From: Prasinococcaceae sp. CCMP 1430
Taxonomy: Eukaryota; Plantae; Prasinodermophyta
Assembly: GCA_013416795.1 (NCBI GenBank)
Contig: RQSC01000026.1
Location: forward strand, 71,980 to 135,979
Direction: 5' to 3'
Length of the DNA: 64,000 nucleotides
Positions 10,700 through 21,525 of the stretch are shown piece after piece. Below the pieces are notes generated by a model. The model made no database searches. It had not been told where the DNA came from and saw only the letters and a program-made list of their open reading frames with translations. The translations under genes were made by a program, and so were the position numbers. Positions within the stretch are counted from its first letter, which is position 1. Every line of letters begins with the position of its first letter.

Positions 10700-11113
10700 C
10701 TATCGCGCTGAGCGTGTCGCCGCAGCGGGGTGCGCCCCATTATTACCACTGCCGGGGTCGTACAAGTCCAACTCCACCGCAAGCGGCCAGTGGCCATGCA
10801 CAGTTGTTTGCAGGTAGAAGCCGTAGCCCGCGTCGGCGCACGGTGTCTCTGAGCGCGCGAGAGAGAGCCCGGGCTCGAAGGCGCGGTACATCCAGAAGAG
10901 CAATGGCCTCAGGCATGTTTCGCCGCAGTGGCCAGCTCCTGCGTCAATGCTCGTGTACTTGGCAAGGCCGCGCGAGGCGTTGCAAAACTCGCAGCACGGC
11001 GCACCCACATCCACCGCACGGCCCGCGGAGCACGCGAGCACGAGGGCCAGTGCGAGCGAGGGCGCAGCGGCGCCGAGCACGCCGCGCGGTGTGCCGCGCC
11101 GCCGCCACGCCAT
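10700..11113 (-). CDS. Small putatively secreted Cys-rich protein (137 aa)
   Basis: Signal-like SLALALVLACSAG, then CCEFC...KYTSID...HCGETC...FEP...PC...GY...HG...LDLY. Confidence 0.7.
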   Translation of the reverse strand: MAWRRRGTPRGVLGAAAPSLALALVLACSAGRAVDVGAPCCEFCNASRGLAKYTSIDAGAGHCGETCLRPLLFWMYRAFEPGLSLARSETPCADAGYGFYLQTTVHGHWPLAVELDLYDPGSGNNGAHPAAATRSAR

Positions 11114-11370
11114 CGCCACGTCACGCCGGAAAGCGCCGCGCGCAGCGCCACGCAGCGTCGCGCCCGCCTGCGCGCCACGCTGTGCCGCGCTGCGTGTGGG
11201 CGTAGTGTTTCGCACTCGGCGAACAGCCCGAAACGTGCTGCGTGGGTTTGTGCGAGAGAGGCTCCAGCCGCCACACAGCGCGCGCGTGCGAGTGAGCGAG
11301 CGCGAGCGAGCGAGCGTGAGCGCACGGAAAGGGTGGAGGGGGGTTGTCCCCGGCGGGGCCGGCGACCGCC

Positions 11371-12261
11371 ATGGTGTGCATCCGGCAGGCGACGGTCGAC
11401 GACCTCTTCGCCATGCAGGCGGCCAACCTGTGGTGCCTGCCCGAGAACTACCAGATGAAGTACTACCTCTATCACTTCCTCTCCTGGCCGCAGCTGCTCT
11501 ACGTCGCCGAGGATGCCGCCGGCGCCATCGTCGGCTACGTTCTCGCCAAGATGGAGGAGGACGCAAAGGTACGAGGGCGCCGGCGCGGGAGCGAGCGAAG
11601 GACAGTCAGTGTAAGTGGCCGGGCAGCCCTCCGTGGCCTGCGCCACTAAGGGATCTGTCCGACAGCGACAGTGCCGGCCGGCAGCACGTGGGAGCGCGCA
11701 AAGCGCGCGTGCCGTGCGCGCGTGGGGGACCACGCGCGCACGGGTCGCGAGCATGCGCGGTCGCTCCCGCGGCCGCCGGCCACCGCGACAGATGCACGCA
11801 CTCGTGCGCACCCGCGCACGTGTCCAAACCCTCCGCTGACACACGTGCGACTGCGCGCGCGCGAGCAGGTCCCGCACGGCCACATCACCTCCCTTGCCGT
11901 GCTGCGCACGCACCGTAAGCTGGGCCTCGCGACGCGCCTCATGCGCGCCGCGCATGCGTCCATGCAGGAGGTCTTCAACGCGGAGTACGTCAGCCTGCAC
12001 GTGCGCAAGTCGAACCGCGCCGCGTTCACGCTGTACACGCGCGCGCTCGAGTATGAGATCAACGGCATCGAGGAGAAGTACTACGCGGATGACGAGGACG
12101 CATACGACATGCGCAAGGCTTTCCCTAAGCGCGGCAGCGTGGACGACAAGGCGGGCGAGAAGGATAAGGCCGAGGCCAATGGGGCGGAGGAGGCAACGGA
12201 GCGGCAGGCCGTCGAGGCTGGCGACGGTGCGGCCACAACGCAGTACGCCGAGCCAAAGTAG
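11371..12261 (+). CDS. NAA10: N-terminal acetyltransferase A catalytic subunit: join(11371..11568,11869..12261)
   Basis: [56 protein letters not shown]; canonical intron. Confidence 0.97.
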
Positions 12262-12418
12262 CGAGTAATAGCGACGTATCGGGTTTCCCACGGAACGAGC
12301 GCGCACTCGCACACGCGCGCGCACTCGGAGTTGGGGGCGCGTCTGCCCGCGGGCTCGAAGATGGTACCGTTACGGAGGGGCGCACGCATGCTTCTGTTGC
12401 GGCCAGCGCCGCCCTCGC

Positions 12419-15400
12419 TCAGTCCCGCGCGCCCGCGCTGACGGCGGGAGTGTGCTCGAGCTCGTCGGGAAGCGTGTCGAGGATGGAGCCGCGGTCCAAG
12501 CGCGGCGCCCCACCGCCTCCCGCGGCGGCGGCGGTGGCGCCCTCCTCCAAATCTGCGGCGACGAGGCTCGCGCGCGCGGCGGCCGCCGCCTCGAGCTTAA
12601 GCGCACGCGTGAGCGTCTGCCGCTGCAGCGCCGAGAACGAACCCTTGGACACCAAGTCGACGTCGTCGATCATGACGAGTATGCGCTGTATGACCGCCTC
12701 GGTGGTGGCATTGGGACTCACGCCGTCGGTGCGCATCTCATCCAGGAGCCCCGCGATGAGGTGGAACTCGCCGCCTGCGGCCACCGCGAGGAGCAGCGTG
12801 TTGTACACCATCACGTCGCGCTCGAGGCCCTCCTCGCGCATGCTTTCGAAGGCCTGCATGGCCTGGTCGGTGAGGCCGCGCTTGCCCAGACAGTCGATGA
12901 GCGCCGAGTACGTGTACGCGTTGGGCGCGTGCCCCCGCGCGCGCATACGCGCCAGCAGCCCTGCCGCCATCTCGACGTCGTTGCAGTTGGATGCTGCCTC
13001 GACGCCAACGGTGTAGATGATCTCGTCGCCCACCCCCACCTCCTCCGCGCGCGCGAGCCAGGCCTCAACGGCCCTCGCATCGCCTGCGCGGCCCGCGGCG
13101 GCGACCGCGTGCGTGAGCGTGATCACGTGCGTGCTCACCAGTCCATCGCGCAGGTCTTGGTCGAGGCGCGCTAGCAGAACCTCCACGACGTCTCCCGCCT
13201 GCGCGGCCGCTGCGGACTTGAGCGCGGCCGAGTAGGTGATGTGATTAGGATGCAGCTTTGACGCCCACATGAGCTTCATCACGTCCAGCACGTGATGCAC
13301 CGTCTCCTGGGTGCAGAATTTGGAGACAGCTACCGTGCACACGCGGTGCGCGCGGCGCACGCGGTTGAGGCGTGCCACGGCGTTGTTGGCGCCGCCGCCG
13401 CCGCCCGCACCCGCGCCGCCTTTCGCGCCACTTCCGCGCCCACTGCGCCGCTCCGCGCGGTGGAAATTGTGCGTGACGCGGTCGATGGCCTTGACGGCGA
13501 GCTTGTAGTCGGCGTGCTCGAGCGCGGCGTAGACCATCTTGATGTTGACATCGTTTGGAATGCGGTCCTTAGCGCAGCCGTAGGCGTATGACCACTTCAT
13601 ACCCTCCCAGTGGCCGCATGCCTCGAGCGCAGTGAAGGCCGTGCGGAAGGCATAGGCATCCATCTCGATGCCGTCCTCGAGCATGCGCTGCAGAAGCGAG
13701 CAGATGGCGACCGGGTTTCCGCGCTCGCCGAGGACGCGCATGATAGTTGTGTACATCGCGATGTGATCTTGCACCATGACCACGTCTGCGTCCGCACTGA
13801 GGACCTCCCAGACGTCCTCAACGACCTCAGGCCGCCCCGCACGCAGCGCCGAACTCACCACTTGCGTGCACGTGAACCAGTCGGGGTCCAGCGCGTACTC
13901 GCCCATCTCCTCCCACCAACCGATGACCGCCGCGTCATTCGGCTTGCCGCGTGCGCTGCCCGCACCTTTGCTGCCGCGCGCGCCCGTACCCGTGCCCGCG
14001 CGTGCGATGGACATGGATATGTTGTAGTCCTCCGTGGATGGCTCGAGCTCCATCTCGCGCATGAGGACCAGCATGGACTCGGCGTTGCGCGCGTCGCCAG
14101 CGGAGAGCGCCTGCCGCATCACCGCGTGCGGCACCAGCGCGCCGCGCGCGTTTGCGCCGTCCACGATCCGCTCCACGAAGTCGAGCATGCGCCCGTCCGA
14201 GCTCTCACGCCCTATCGTCTTGCCCGCGGCGCGCAGGATGCGCGGCACCTGGTGGCGCACGGGATGCGTGCCGGGGCTCGCGCCTTGCGCGTTGCTGCCC
14301 GCGCTGCCACCGTCACCCACGCTGCCGCTGCCGCTGGCCTCATCCTCCTCGTCGTCGTCCTCGTCGTCGCTGAAGTCGCTCTCGTATCCTGATGCCGTCT
14401 GCCCTCGCACGAGCTTCTCCACCGCGTCCTGCTCGAGGAAGTCGAGCACCGCTTGGCAGGAATCGGCTCCGTGCCTGTCGGTAATGGAAAGCGCGGCAAT
14501 GTACGTGCCCAGCCGCGGCCCCACGGCGTCCCTCTCGCTTAGTTCGCGGAGCACGTCGACCACGCGCGCGGGCTCGCCGCACTCGCACGCCGCGGAGAAA
14601 TACGCCACGTAGGGCGAGTTGGATACTGTGTCCGAGAGCGCGGCCCCACAGTCGGCCGTGTACTCCGAGAGCGCGCCAGTGGCGCTCTCCAGGTCACCCG
14701 CCGCACCGAAGGCCGAGATGAGGATCTGATAGACGACATGGTTGGGGCGCAGCCCGTCGGCGCGTAGCTGGTCGAGCAACCGGCGCGCATCGTCGAGTCG
14801 GCGCGCCTTGGCGCACGCGTCGAGCGTGCTCGCATAGGCGATGAGGTCGGGCGGCTGTCCCGCACCGGCGTCGGCGTCGGCGCGGATGGCCTCGAGCAGC
14901 GTCAGCGCGCGGTCCACATCGCCCACGGCGCCCGCCGCCGTGATTCCCACCGTGTACGCCACGCAGTCGACGCTGATGCCGGCCGACGGCATGAACTCGA
15001 GCACCTCGAGCGCGCGCCGCGGCAGTCCCTGCTGCACGAGAAGGCCCATGAGCTTGGTCCAGCTGACGGCCGACCAGTCCAGAGACGCCAGCACGTCGCT
15101 CATTTCGTCGCTCTCTGCGTCGCTCAGGCCCTCCGCGCCCCCGGCGGCGCCCGCGCCGTCGCCCGACAGCCGGGCGATGTGCTTGGCGACGCGCTCCGCA
15201 GGCACGCGGCGATGTGCGCGTGTGCCGCGCACGGGTGCTCCGCCCGGTGCCGTCACGCCGATGGCGACCGCCGACCCGTTGTGCAGGGCGAGGTCGAACT
15301 CCACCCGCTCGCCCTCGGCGAGCGCGCGCATGCCCCTGCAGCGAACGTTGGAGTGGTGCACGAAGACGTGCCCGCCGCTCTCGGCGCGGCCCGCGCGCGC

Positions 15401-15679
15401 TGCCGCCTTGGGCACGCCCGCCGCAACATCGGCGGCGTCGGCCTCGGCGTCGGCCTCGGCAAGCGCGGCCGCAGCGTCGGCTGCGCTCGACTCGCCGACC
15501 TCGATGAAGCCGTAGCCCTTCAGCGAGTCGAACCAGCGCACGGTGCCGTCAAAGCGCTGCGACGACAGCACGCGCGGCCTCCTGTTGGAGGGGCGCGCTG
15601 GCTTTGCCTCCGTCGCGCCCGCCGCCGCACGCGCTGGCCGCGGGGTCGCAGCAGCCGCGGCTGCGGCTACGTCGTCAAG
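12419..15679 (-). CDS. Cold-shock domain + pentatricopeptide repeat protein; main exon, first exon not identified
   Basis: CSD GTVRWFDSLKGYGFI...VFVH...LAEGERVEF...VTAPGG; many PPR motifs (PDLIAYASTLDACAK, PNAYTYSALIDCLGKRG, DVMVYNTLL); likely acceptor GCGCAG at ~15680. Confidence 0.85.
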   Translation of the reverse strand, partial: LDDVAAAAAAATPRPARAAAGATEAKPARPSNRRPRVLSSQRFDGTVRWFDSLKGYGFIEVGESSAADAAAALAEADAEADAADVAAGVPKAAARAGRAESGGHVFVHHSNVRCRGMRALAEGERVEFDLALHNGSAVAIGVTAPGGAPVRGTRAHRRVPAERVAKHIARLSGDGAGAAGGAEGLSDAESDEMSDVLASLDWSAVSWTKLMGLLVQQGLPRRALEVLEFMPSAGISVDCVAYTVGITAAGAVGDVDRALTLLEAIRADADAGAGQPPDLIAYASTLDACAKARRLDDARRLLDQLRADGLRPNHVVYQILISAFGAAGDLESATGALSEYTADCGAALSDTVSNSPYVAYFSAACECGEPARVVDVLRELSERDAVGPRLGTYIAALSITDRHGADSCQAVLDFLEQDAVEKLVRGQTASGYESDFSDDEDDDEEDEASGSGSVGDGGSAGSNAQGASPGTHPVRHQVPRILRAAGKTIGRESSDGRMLDFVERIVDGANARGALVPHAVMRQALSAGDARNAESMLVLMREMELEPSTEDYNISMSIARAGTGTGARGSKGAGSARGKPNDAAVIGWWEEMGEYALDPDWFTCTQVVSSALRAGRPEVVEDVWEVLSADADVVMVQDHIAMYTTIMRVLGERGNPVAICSLLQRMLEDGIEMDAYAFRTAFTALEACGHWEGMKWSYAYGCAKDRIPNDVNIKMVYAALEHADYKLAVKAIDRVTHNFHRAERRSGRGSGAKGGAGAGGGGGANNAVARLNRVRRAHRVCTVAVSKFCTQETVHHVLDVMKLMWASKLHPNHITYSAALKSAAAAQAGDVVEVLLARLDQDLRDGLVSTHVITLTHAVAAAGRAGDARAVEAWLARAEEVGVGDEIIYTVGVEAASNCNDVEMAAGLLARMRARGHAPNAYTYSALIDCLGKRGLTDQAMQAFESMREEGLERDVMVYNTLLLAVAAGGEFHLIAGLLDEMRTDGVSPNATTEAVIQRILVMIDDVDLVSKGSFSALQRQTLTRALKLEAAAAARASLVAADLEEGATAAAAGGGGAPRLDRGSILDTLPDELEHTPAVSAGARD

Positions 15680-16194
15680 CTGCGCAGGCGTCGGCGCGCT
15701 TGGGGCGTGAGGTCGAGGCGCAGCGAGGGGAAGGGAAAGCGCGGGGTGGGTGGGCGGGGCGGGGGGGACGCGAGCGCCGCGCGCCCGCCCTGTGGCGCCG
15801 AGCAAACACCCGGCCGCTCTCTTTTTTTTTCCTTGGAAAAAAGGGAGAAAGGAAAATGTTTTCTGTACGAATGTACAGTGTACCATGGATGGTATGCACC
15901 ATCCCGTACGAGCTGGCGGAGACCCTGAAAGGCGTGAACCCCATGAGGGGACAGAGGACGGACCCTCTGGAACCCGCGGGTCGGTCGGGGTGCCGTCCAC
16001 GCGGGTGGAGGGGACAAGGCGACTCAGCGAGCAGTGCTTCGCGACGGGCAGCTGCCAGCTGCGCCTCGCCAAGGGTGCGCGGTTGGCGCTCAGCGAGGCG
16101 GGCGGGCAGCCAAGGTTCTTCGGCGTGATCGACGGCGCGGGGTGGCCTGAGTTGGGCGAGCGGTGGGAGTGCGAGTGCGTTCGTTACGTTACGT

Positions 16195-17704
16195 TCACGC
16201 CACCCCGAGGTCGGGCTCGCACGGGCACCCCCGGCCGAGCGTGCAGGCCCGGCTCGCGCAGCCCCTCCTCGCGGCACCGCCCCTGGGCGTGTTCAGGCGC
16301 TGTTCGAGCGTGCCGATGTGCTCGCACTCGTCCCAGCGATCCATGACGTCGGCGAACTCGTCCGCGGCCGCTCGCAAGCGCTCCGCGCCCGCCGCCTGCC
16401 ACTGCTGCTCGAACACGAGCACGGCGCGCTCGTACACCAGCGACTCCATCTCCTCTCTCTCACGCAGGCGCTGTACTGCCGCTTCTGACAGCTCTTCCAA
16501 CGCCGGAGGCATCATCCGTGCTGCGCGTTGGAGCTGCTCAGCCCTCGTCCGCTGGGGTGCGGGCGCAGGCGCCTCGGGGCCCTCGCCGCCCTCACGGTGG
16601 TGCGTGTCCGCCAGCTTGTGCCGCACGTGCACGCGCCCATACTGCATCGAATCGAGTCGCCAGCCCAGCATGTGTGCGGCCAGCGTGATCGAGTCTTCGA
16701 ACCGATGGGTGAGGCCCACGATGAAATCCCTCTCCAGCAGCGCCTGGACGTTGGTCGCGCACCGCTTCAGCTCCGTCTTGCAGCTGTCGTAAGCGACTGG
16801 CTCTCCCTCGAGGTCGTGGCAGCTCCTCCTCCTCGAGCACTTGGTGAACTGCCTTATGTAGTCGAAGCTGTTCGTCGTGAAGTGGTCGTAAAAGCTGTCG
16901 ATGTCGCGCGCCGTCCATTCGGCGCCGATCGAGCTGTTCAGGCGATGGAAAGCGCGCACGCATGCGTCGCCGTACGGTATCGTCTCCAGGAGTTTGTCCA
17001 TCTCGGCTCTTGTGCGCTGATGGGGCTTCGTGCCTCTTTTGAGTCTTTTCAGGCATCGAATTGGGCGATGCGGCAGGCCAAGCTTAGCGGCCTCTTTGTC
17101 ATTGGCCCAGAAGAAGAGCGAGCTCAAAACGCGGCTGAGGGGCTCACGCATCGTGACGAGGAAGCGACCCTCCGGCACCTGACGCTCGGCCGGTAGGCGC
17201 ATGCACTGGGTCGCCGCCCTCACGCTCGATTGCTTGAACGTGGACTTGGTGCTACCGATCGTTGCGAGCGAGCAGCGGCCGTATCGGTTGTACACGCCGA
17301 GCGTGCTCTCATGATTCACGTGCATGGGCAGCGCAGCACACGTTTCGTCCGCCGACGGGCAACCATTCGCCGCCTCGCCGCGCGCAGCGCCGCAGCGCTC
17401 CGCGAGCACCTTGGCGTGGTACGCAAAACAGCGCGGCGCGAGCACACGCGCAAACGCGCCGCCGCCGACCTTGTAGAGCTTGAGGTACATCAGGGGCGGG
17501 AAAGTCTCGTTGCGCGCGAACACGCGCTGACACTGCGGCAGGTTTCCGGCCATTGGGAAGAGCGACGGGTCCGTCGCGACGTCCGCCGCCCCGCCGCTGC
17601 CGACGGCCGCGGCCAGCGCGGCCAGCGTCGCCTAGCGCGGCCGCCAGCGCCCGCCTGCCAGCGGCGGCAGCGCCGCAGCGGCCGCCGCGCGTGCGACCCT
17701 CCAT
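16195..17704 (-). CDS. Sulfotransferase (Sulfotransfer_2/Gal-3-O-sulfotransferase-like); N- and C-termini uncertain
   Basis: 5'-PSB-like YLKLYKVGG, 3'-PB-like TMREPLSRVLSSLFF and FIVGLTHRFEDS. Main ORF is 16195..17553; the upstream ATG at 17704 is in a different frame. Confidence 0.7.
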
Positions 17705-18317
17705 CCCAACACCCGCCTGAGGGGAAGCCCTCCCGCTGGGGCCGCTCCCCCGGGCGCGCCTTGGTGTGGCGCGCAGCGCGCGTTCCCCGAGCGCCTGCAC
17801 CAAGGCCGCGAGCAACGCCGCCGCGGTGTCACACCGGGCATCCCCACCCCGGTCACACCAATACCAGCTGATGGTATTAGTCGAGCTAGCTAGAGACCGT
17901 GATCTACGGCTTGCCCCGCAGTTGGAAAGCATACAGAGTGAGTGTGTCGGCTCCCCGCACCCACACCCGAAACAGCGGCTGGTCAGGAGGAGGAATGCGT
18001 TTTTGCGGGGGCGGCCGGCGCACCACAGCGCGAGCGGGGGGCCAGGCGGCCCCCGCCAGCCGCGGGGTCCAGCAGCGCCCTGCTCTGGGGGCAAGCGGGG
18101 GGGTGGGGGTGGGGGTGGAGGCGGTCGTGCGGGGACACCCTGGTCACGCACCGTCCTGCCCCGCCTCGCCCCGCCCTGCGCGCCGCAGGGGAGGCGCGCG
18201 GCCGTGGCGGCCAGCCGGGCCCCTGCGGCCGGCAGCGCGTGAGGCACTGCGAGGGCGTGGTGCGCGCGCAGGCGAAGTGGGGAAAGGCGTGTGCGCGAGG
18301 GTGCCAGCGGCGTGGTG

Positions 18318-21254
18318 ATGGCGCCCTTGGGAGAGGACGACCAGGTGGTCACGCCGCGCGACCAGCCAGCGGTGGACAATCCGATCGTCGGCCTGAGCGG
18401 TGGCGTGGCACAGTTCGGCTCCACCCCGGTGCAGACGATGCTGCCAACCGCCTCACAAGGTCCGTCGCCCATGAAGGCTGACGGCACGGCGGCCAAGCGT
18501 GGCTCTTTCCTGGCGCCCATTCCACCAGCCGTGCCTGAAGATGGGGGCGAGAAAGGCGAGGGCGCCGGAACTGACGAGGTCGACGCGATCGGCCCCATCG
18601 ACGAGTCGAAGCTGCGCCTCCTCTACCTGCTGCACCTGTACACCAACAGACAGACGTGTGAGGAGCGGGGTCTCGGCGGCGATTATCAGCGCTGGCTACG
18701 GCTGCTCCCACTCTTTGTGCTCATGTACGAGGGCGTCGTGAGAGGTTGCTTCGAGTACGACTACGCCCCTCAGAGTATGTATGTGAGGGGCAAGCGCATG
18801 TACATCAACACGTCCCAGGAGGGGCGCGACGATGTCGACGATTTGAGGGAGCTTAAGCTTGTTTACGGTCTCAAAGTGACCTCGAAGAAGTACGTCACTT
18901 CGGTCGTTCTGCGCATCTCGAACCTGGGGTCGCGGTACTTGGATCGATTCCTCGACCGCAACTCCAAGCAAGCCGTGGAAGACCTAGTGTACGCCCCGGG
19001 TACTCGCCTTCGTCGTTACGTCAAGTACAAGGGGCCGGAAGTTGGTGCGCCTGATCGCGCCTCTGGCAGCAACGGTGGGAGCGAGGACGGGAGCGACGAG
19101 GGGGCAGGCGGGGAGACATCGGATGGCGCCGACGGCTCTTTGGAGGCTGAGGTCAATCTCGATGCCAGCTTCGCGCGCAAAGGCAGCAAGAACAGCTTCG
19201 GTAGCGACATCGGGGGCAGCGACGACGTCGACAGCGGCGGTGAGGACGACGAGGACGACGGGGAAGGCACATTTTGGATGTACACTGAAGACGGCTCGTA
19301 CGAGGAGAAGTCAGGCGTGACCGAGATCGAGCAGGTGTCGTACGTGTCATCGCCGTACCTCCCCCAGCCGCTGCGCAGGTGGGGGAGGGAGACGCTCTCA
19401 AACACAGACAGATTGAACGACCTCGCGCAGGCGGCGAGCTCAATCAAAGATGCCGAGCTCGACGAGGCCATCACTCTCGACGAGGTGCATATGCTCGTGA
19501 CTGAGTGGGTGCCGATGGGAGGCAACCAGATCGTGGCGCTGAACGACAAGCTCGGGTCCTCGGAGAGGGTTCAGGGCGGTTTCTTCACCGCCAAGTTGGA
19601 CACCGCACCTGAGCTCACAGATTTTACTGGGGGGTCGGAGGGCCTGACGGCGGTGAACATTCTTGACTTCGACGAGGCGGGCTACGTGAATTTCGAGGCA
19701 GAGGTCTATTTCCCGTCCGACGAGGGCGTTGTGCAGATTGAAAACTTCGGCGTACACTTCGGCGAGGATGGCCTGGTTGCGTACGGCCTGCGTGTGGATG
19801 GCGTGATGGATCGCGTCCGCATAAACCTCAGCCTTGATCTGCTGTCGCGTCTAATGGTGGACGTCAATCAGGACACTTCGGCAGTGGTCGCCAACCTCTT
19901 CTCGTCGCACCAGCGTGCGCTGCTCGATCTCACCTTCATGGGTGACGTCGAGAACCGCGACAAGTTTTACGTGCTGCTCACCAACGGTATCACGCCAAAG
20001 ATGGTCGCCGACAAGTACATGGACAAGGAGACGTACGAGAATGAGCTCAAGCAAGTGCTCGGTGACACGTACAGCGCGCACGACCTTGATGACAATGAGG
20101 TCCTGGTCATCGGCAAGACAGGCATACTGGTATCGTGCTCTGCCGGCCACTCACTGAGGCACGAGCCCATGGTCGTCGCCTACGCCTCGCTGCAGTCGCG
20201 GAATGTCTTCACGCGTTCTGTCTTCAACCGGTGTTTCGTGCTCACAGATACGCTCAAGGTGGTCCACGACCTGATCGAGAAGCACGACCATGACCCTGCC
20301 AACATCGACCGCGTGCGCTCGCTGCTATCCACGTGCACGGAGGAGTGCATCATGCTCGGCGAGATTCAGACGTTCCTGCTCGAGTCAATGTCGGACTTCG
20401 AAGTCCCCAAGGCCCTTGAGGACGACGCGGCCTCGCTGAAGCTCCTCGAGTGCTTGCGCATCGAAAAACTGCTCAACCGCATGAGGGCGCGCGCCATTGA
20501 TATCGAGAAGACGATTACTGGTGCGAGCAATGACCTCACCGCGCTTCGCGAGCAGGCAGATGTCATCAACCGCCAAAAGAAGCTCTCCACGTCGCGGGGA
20601 CTCGATGAATCCACCAAGAACCTCGAGGACCTCTTCCGAGCAGGCATGCGCCAGGGAGCAGTGCTTGAGATTATGCAAGTCGTGCTTGCGGGATCGCTCG
20701 CCTTCGATGTGGTTGACAGGACCACTGGGTTCTACCTGGGCATCTCGCAGAGCATCACTTGGGCCAACGATTGGCTCACGCCATACATCGTCGACACGCC
20801 TTTCATCTGGCTGGCCATCAACCTCTTTACTTGGGTGCTTTTCGGTGGCTTCCTGATCTGGTTCATGCGCTACCTAGCGTACATGGGCACCAGCGTCATG
20901 TCGCTCCGCGCCGTTCACAACAAGAAGATCGTTATGGCGAACATGCGCAGGTATCTTGGCGACCGCTCAATCGAGGTGCAGGACACCGACAACGACCCAA
21001 ACGTCTTCATCAAGAAGTACAGCTGGGACGAGGCACCACATGCCAAGTGGGAGGGCCTACCTCCTACCATCGAGATGACCTTCGATGAACGCTACTCCTT
21101 CCTGCTGCATGTGTACATTCAGGTCAACAAGCGCAAGAGCAAGCTCAGCGTGGAGGCGGCACACGAGCTCATCTTCGAGGACCTGAAAACTTACGACTGT
21201 TTCAAAGACAAGGTGACAACGGCGGAGATAACTGCACCGAGCGTCACGGCGTGA
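18318..21254 (+). CDS. Uncharacterised ~978-aa intronless membrane protein (large soluble region, helical stalk, two C-terminal TM-like helices)
   Basis: Long ORF with strong C/G third-position bias and globular composition; hydrophobic segments EIMQVVLAGSLAFDVV and FIWLAINLFTWVLFGGFLIWFM; TGTAA at 21387-21391. Confidence 0.85.
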   Translation: MAPLGEDDQVVTPRDQPAVDNPIVGLSGGVAQFGSTPVQTMLPTASQGPSPMKADGTAAKRGSFLAPIPPAVPEDGGEKGEGAGTDEVDAIGPIDESKLRLLYLLHLYTNRQTCEERGLGGDYQRWLRLLPLFVLMYEGVVRGCFEYDYAPQSMYVRGKRMYINTSQEGRDDVDDLRELKLVYGLKVTSKKYVTSVVLRISNLGSRYLDRFLDRNSKQAVEDLVYAPGTRLRRYVKYKGPEVGAPDRASGSNGGSEDGSDEGAGGETSDGADGSLEAEVNLDASFARKGSKNSFGSDIGGSDDVDSGGEDDEDDGEGTFWMYTEDGSYEEKSGVTEIEQVSYVSSPYLPQPLRRWGRETLSNTDRLNDLAQAASSIKDAELDEAITLDEVHMLVTEWVPMGGNQIVALNDKLGSSERVQGGFFTAKLDTAPELTDFTGGSEGLTAVNILDFDEAGYVNFEAEVYFPSDEGVVQIENFGVHFGEDGLVAYGLRVDGVMDRVRINLSLDLLSRLMVDVNQDTSAVVANLFSSHQRALLDLTFMGDVENRDKFYVLLTNGITPKMVADKYMDKETYENELKQVLGDTYSAHDLDDNEVLVIGKTGILVSCSAGHSLRHEPMVVAYASLQSRNVFTRSVFNRCFVLTDTLKVVHDLIEKHDHDPANIDRVRSLLSTCTEECIMLGEIQTFLLESMSDFEVPKALEDDAASLKLLECLRIEKLLNRMRARAIDIEKTITGASNDLTALREQADVINRQKKLSTSRGLDESTKNLEDLFRAGMRQGAVLEIMQVVLAGSLAFDVVDRTTGFYLGISQSITWANDWLTPYIVDTPFIWLAINLFTWVLFGGFLIWFMRYLAYMGTSVMSLRAVHNKKIVMANMRRYLGDRSIEVQDTDNDPNVFIKKYSWDEAPHAKWEGLPPTIEMTFDERYSFLLHVYIQVNKRKSKLSVEAAHELIFEDLKTYDCFKDKVTTAEITAPSVTA

Positions 21255-21525
21255 GCAAAACGCGCCCCCCCCCACCCCCCCCACCCCCCCCATGCCCTGC
21301 GCGCCACCTCCCTGGGCACTTGTGGCGCCAACTTGTACGCAATCCGACAATTCACCCGCCCATGTGAACGCTATCCGGCGCGTCCTTGTAAATTGTGCAA
21401 TCACACCCCGACGGCGCGCCAGCAGCACGACGACGCTCAAAGCCCCAGTATGCGAGGGAGATAGATAATTTTACCGCCGTCCTCACACGAAGCACATGCT
21501 ACCAGCAGGGAATCTCTCGCGACCT

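Noticed and set aside
15680-16150. N-terminal extension of the 1217-aa ORF, or sulfotransferase-CSD-PPR read-through
   Set aside because: The frame runs through intron-like and homopolymer/3'-UTR-like sequence (15820-15900) with non-protein-like translation; likely chance openness or a mis-join.
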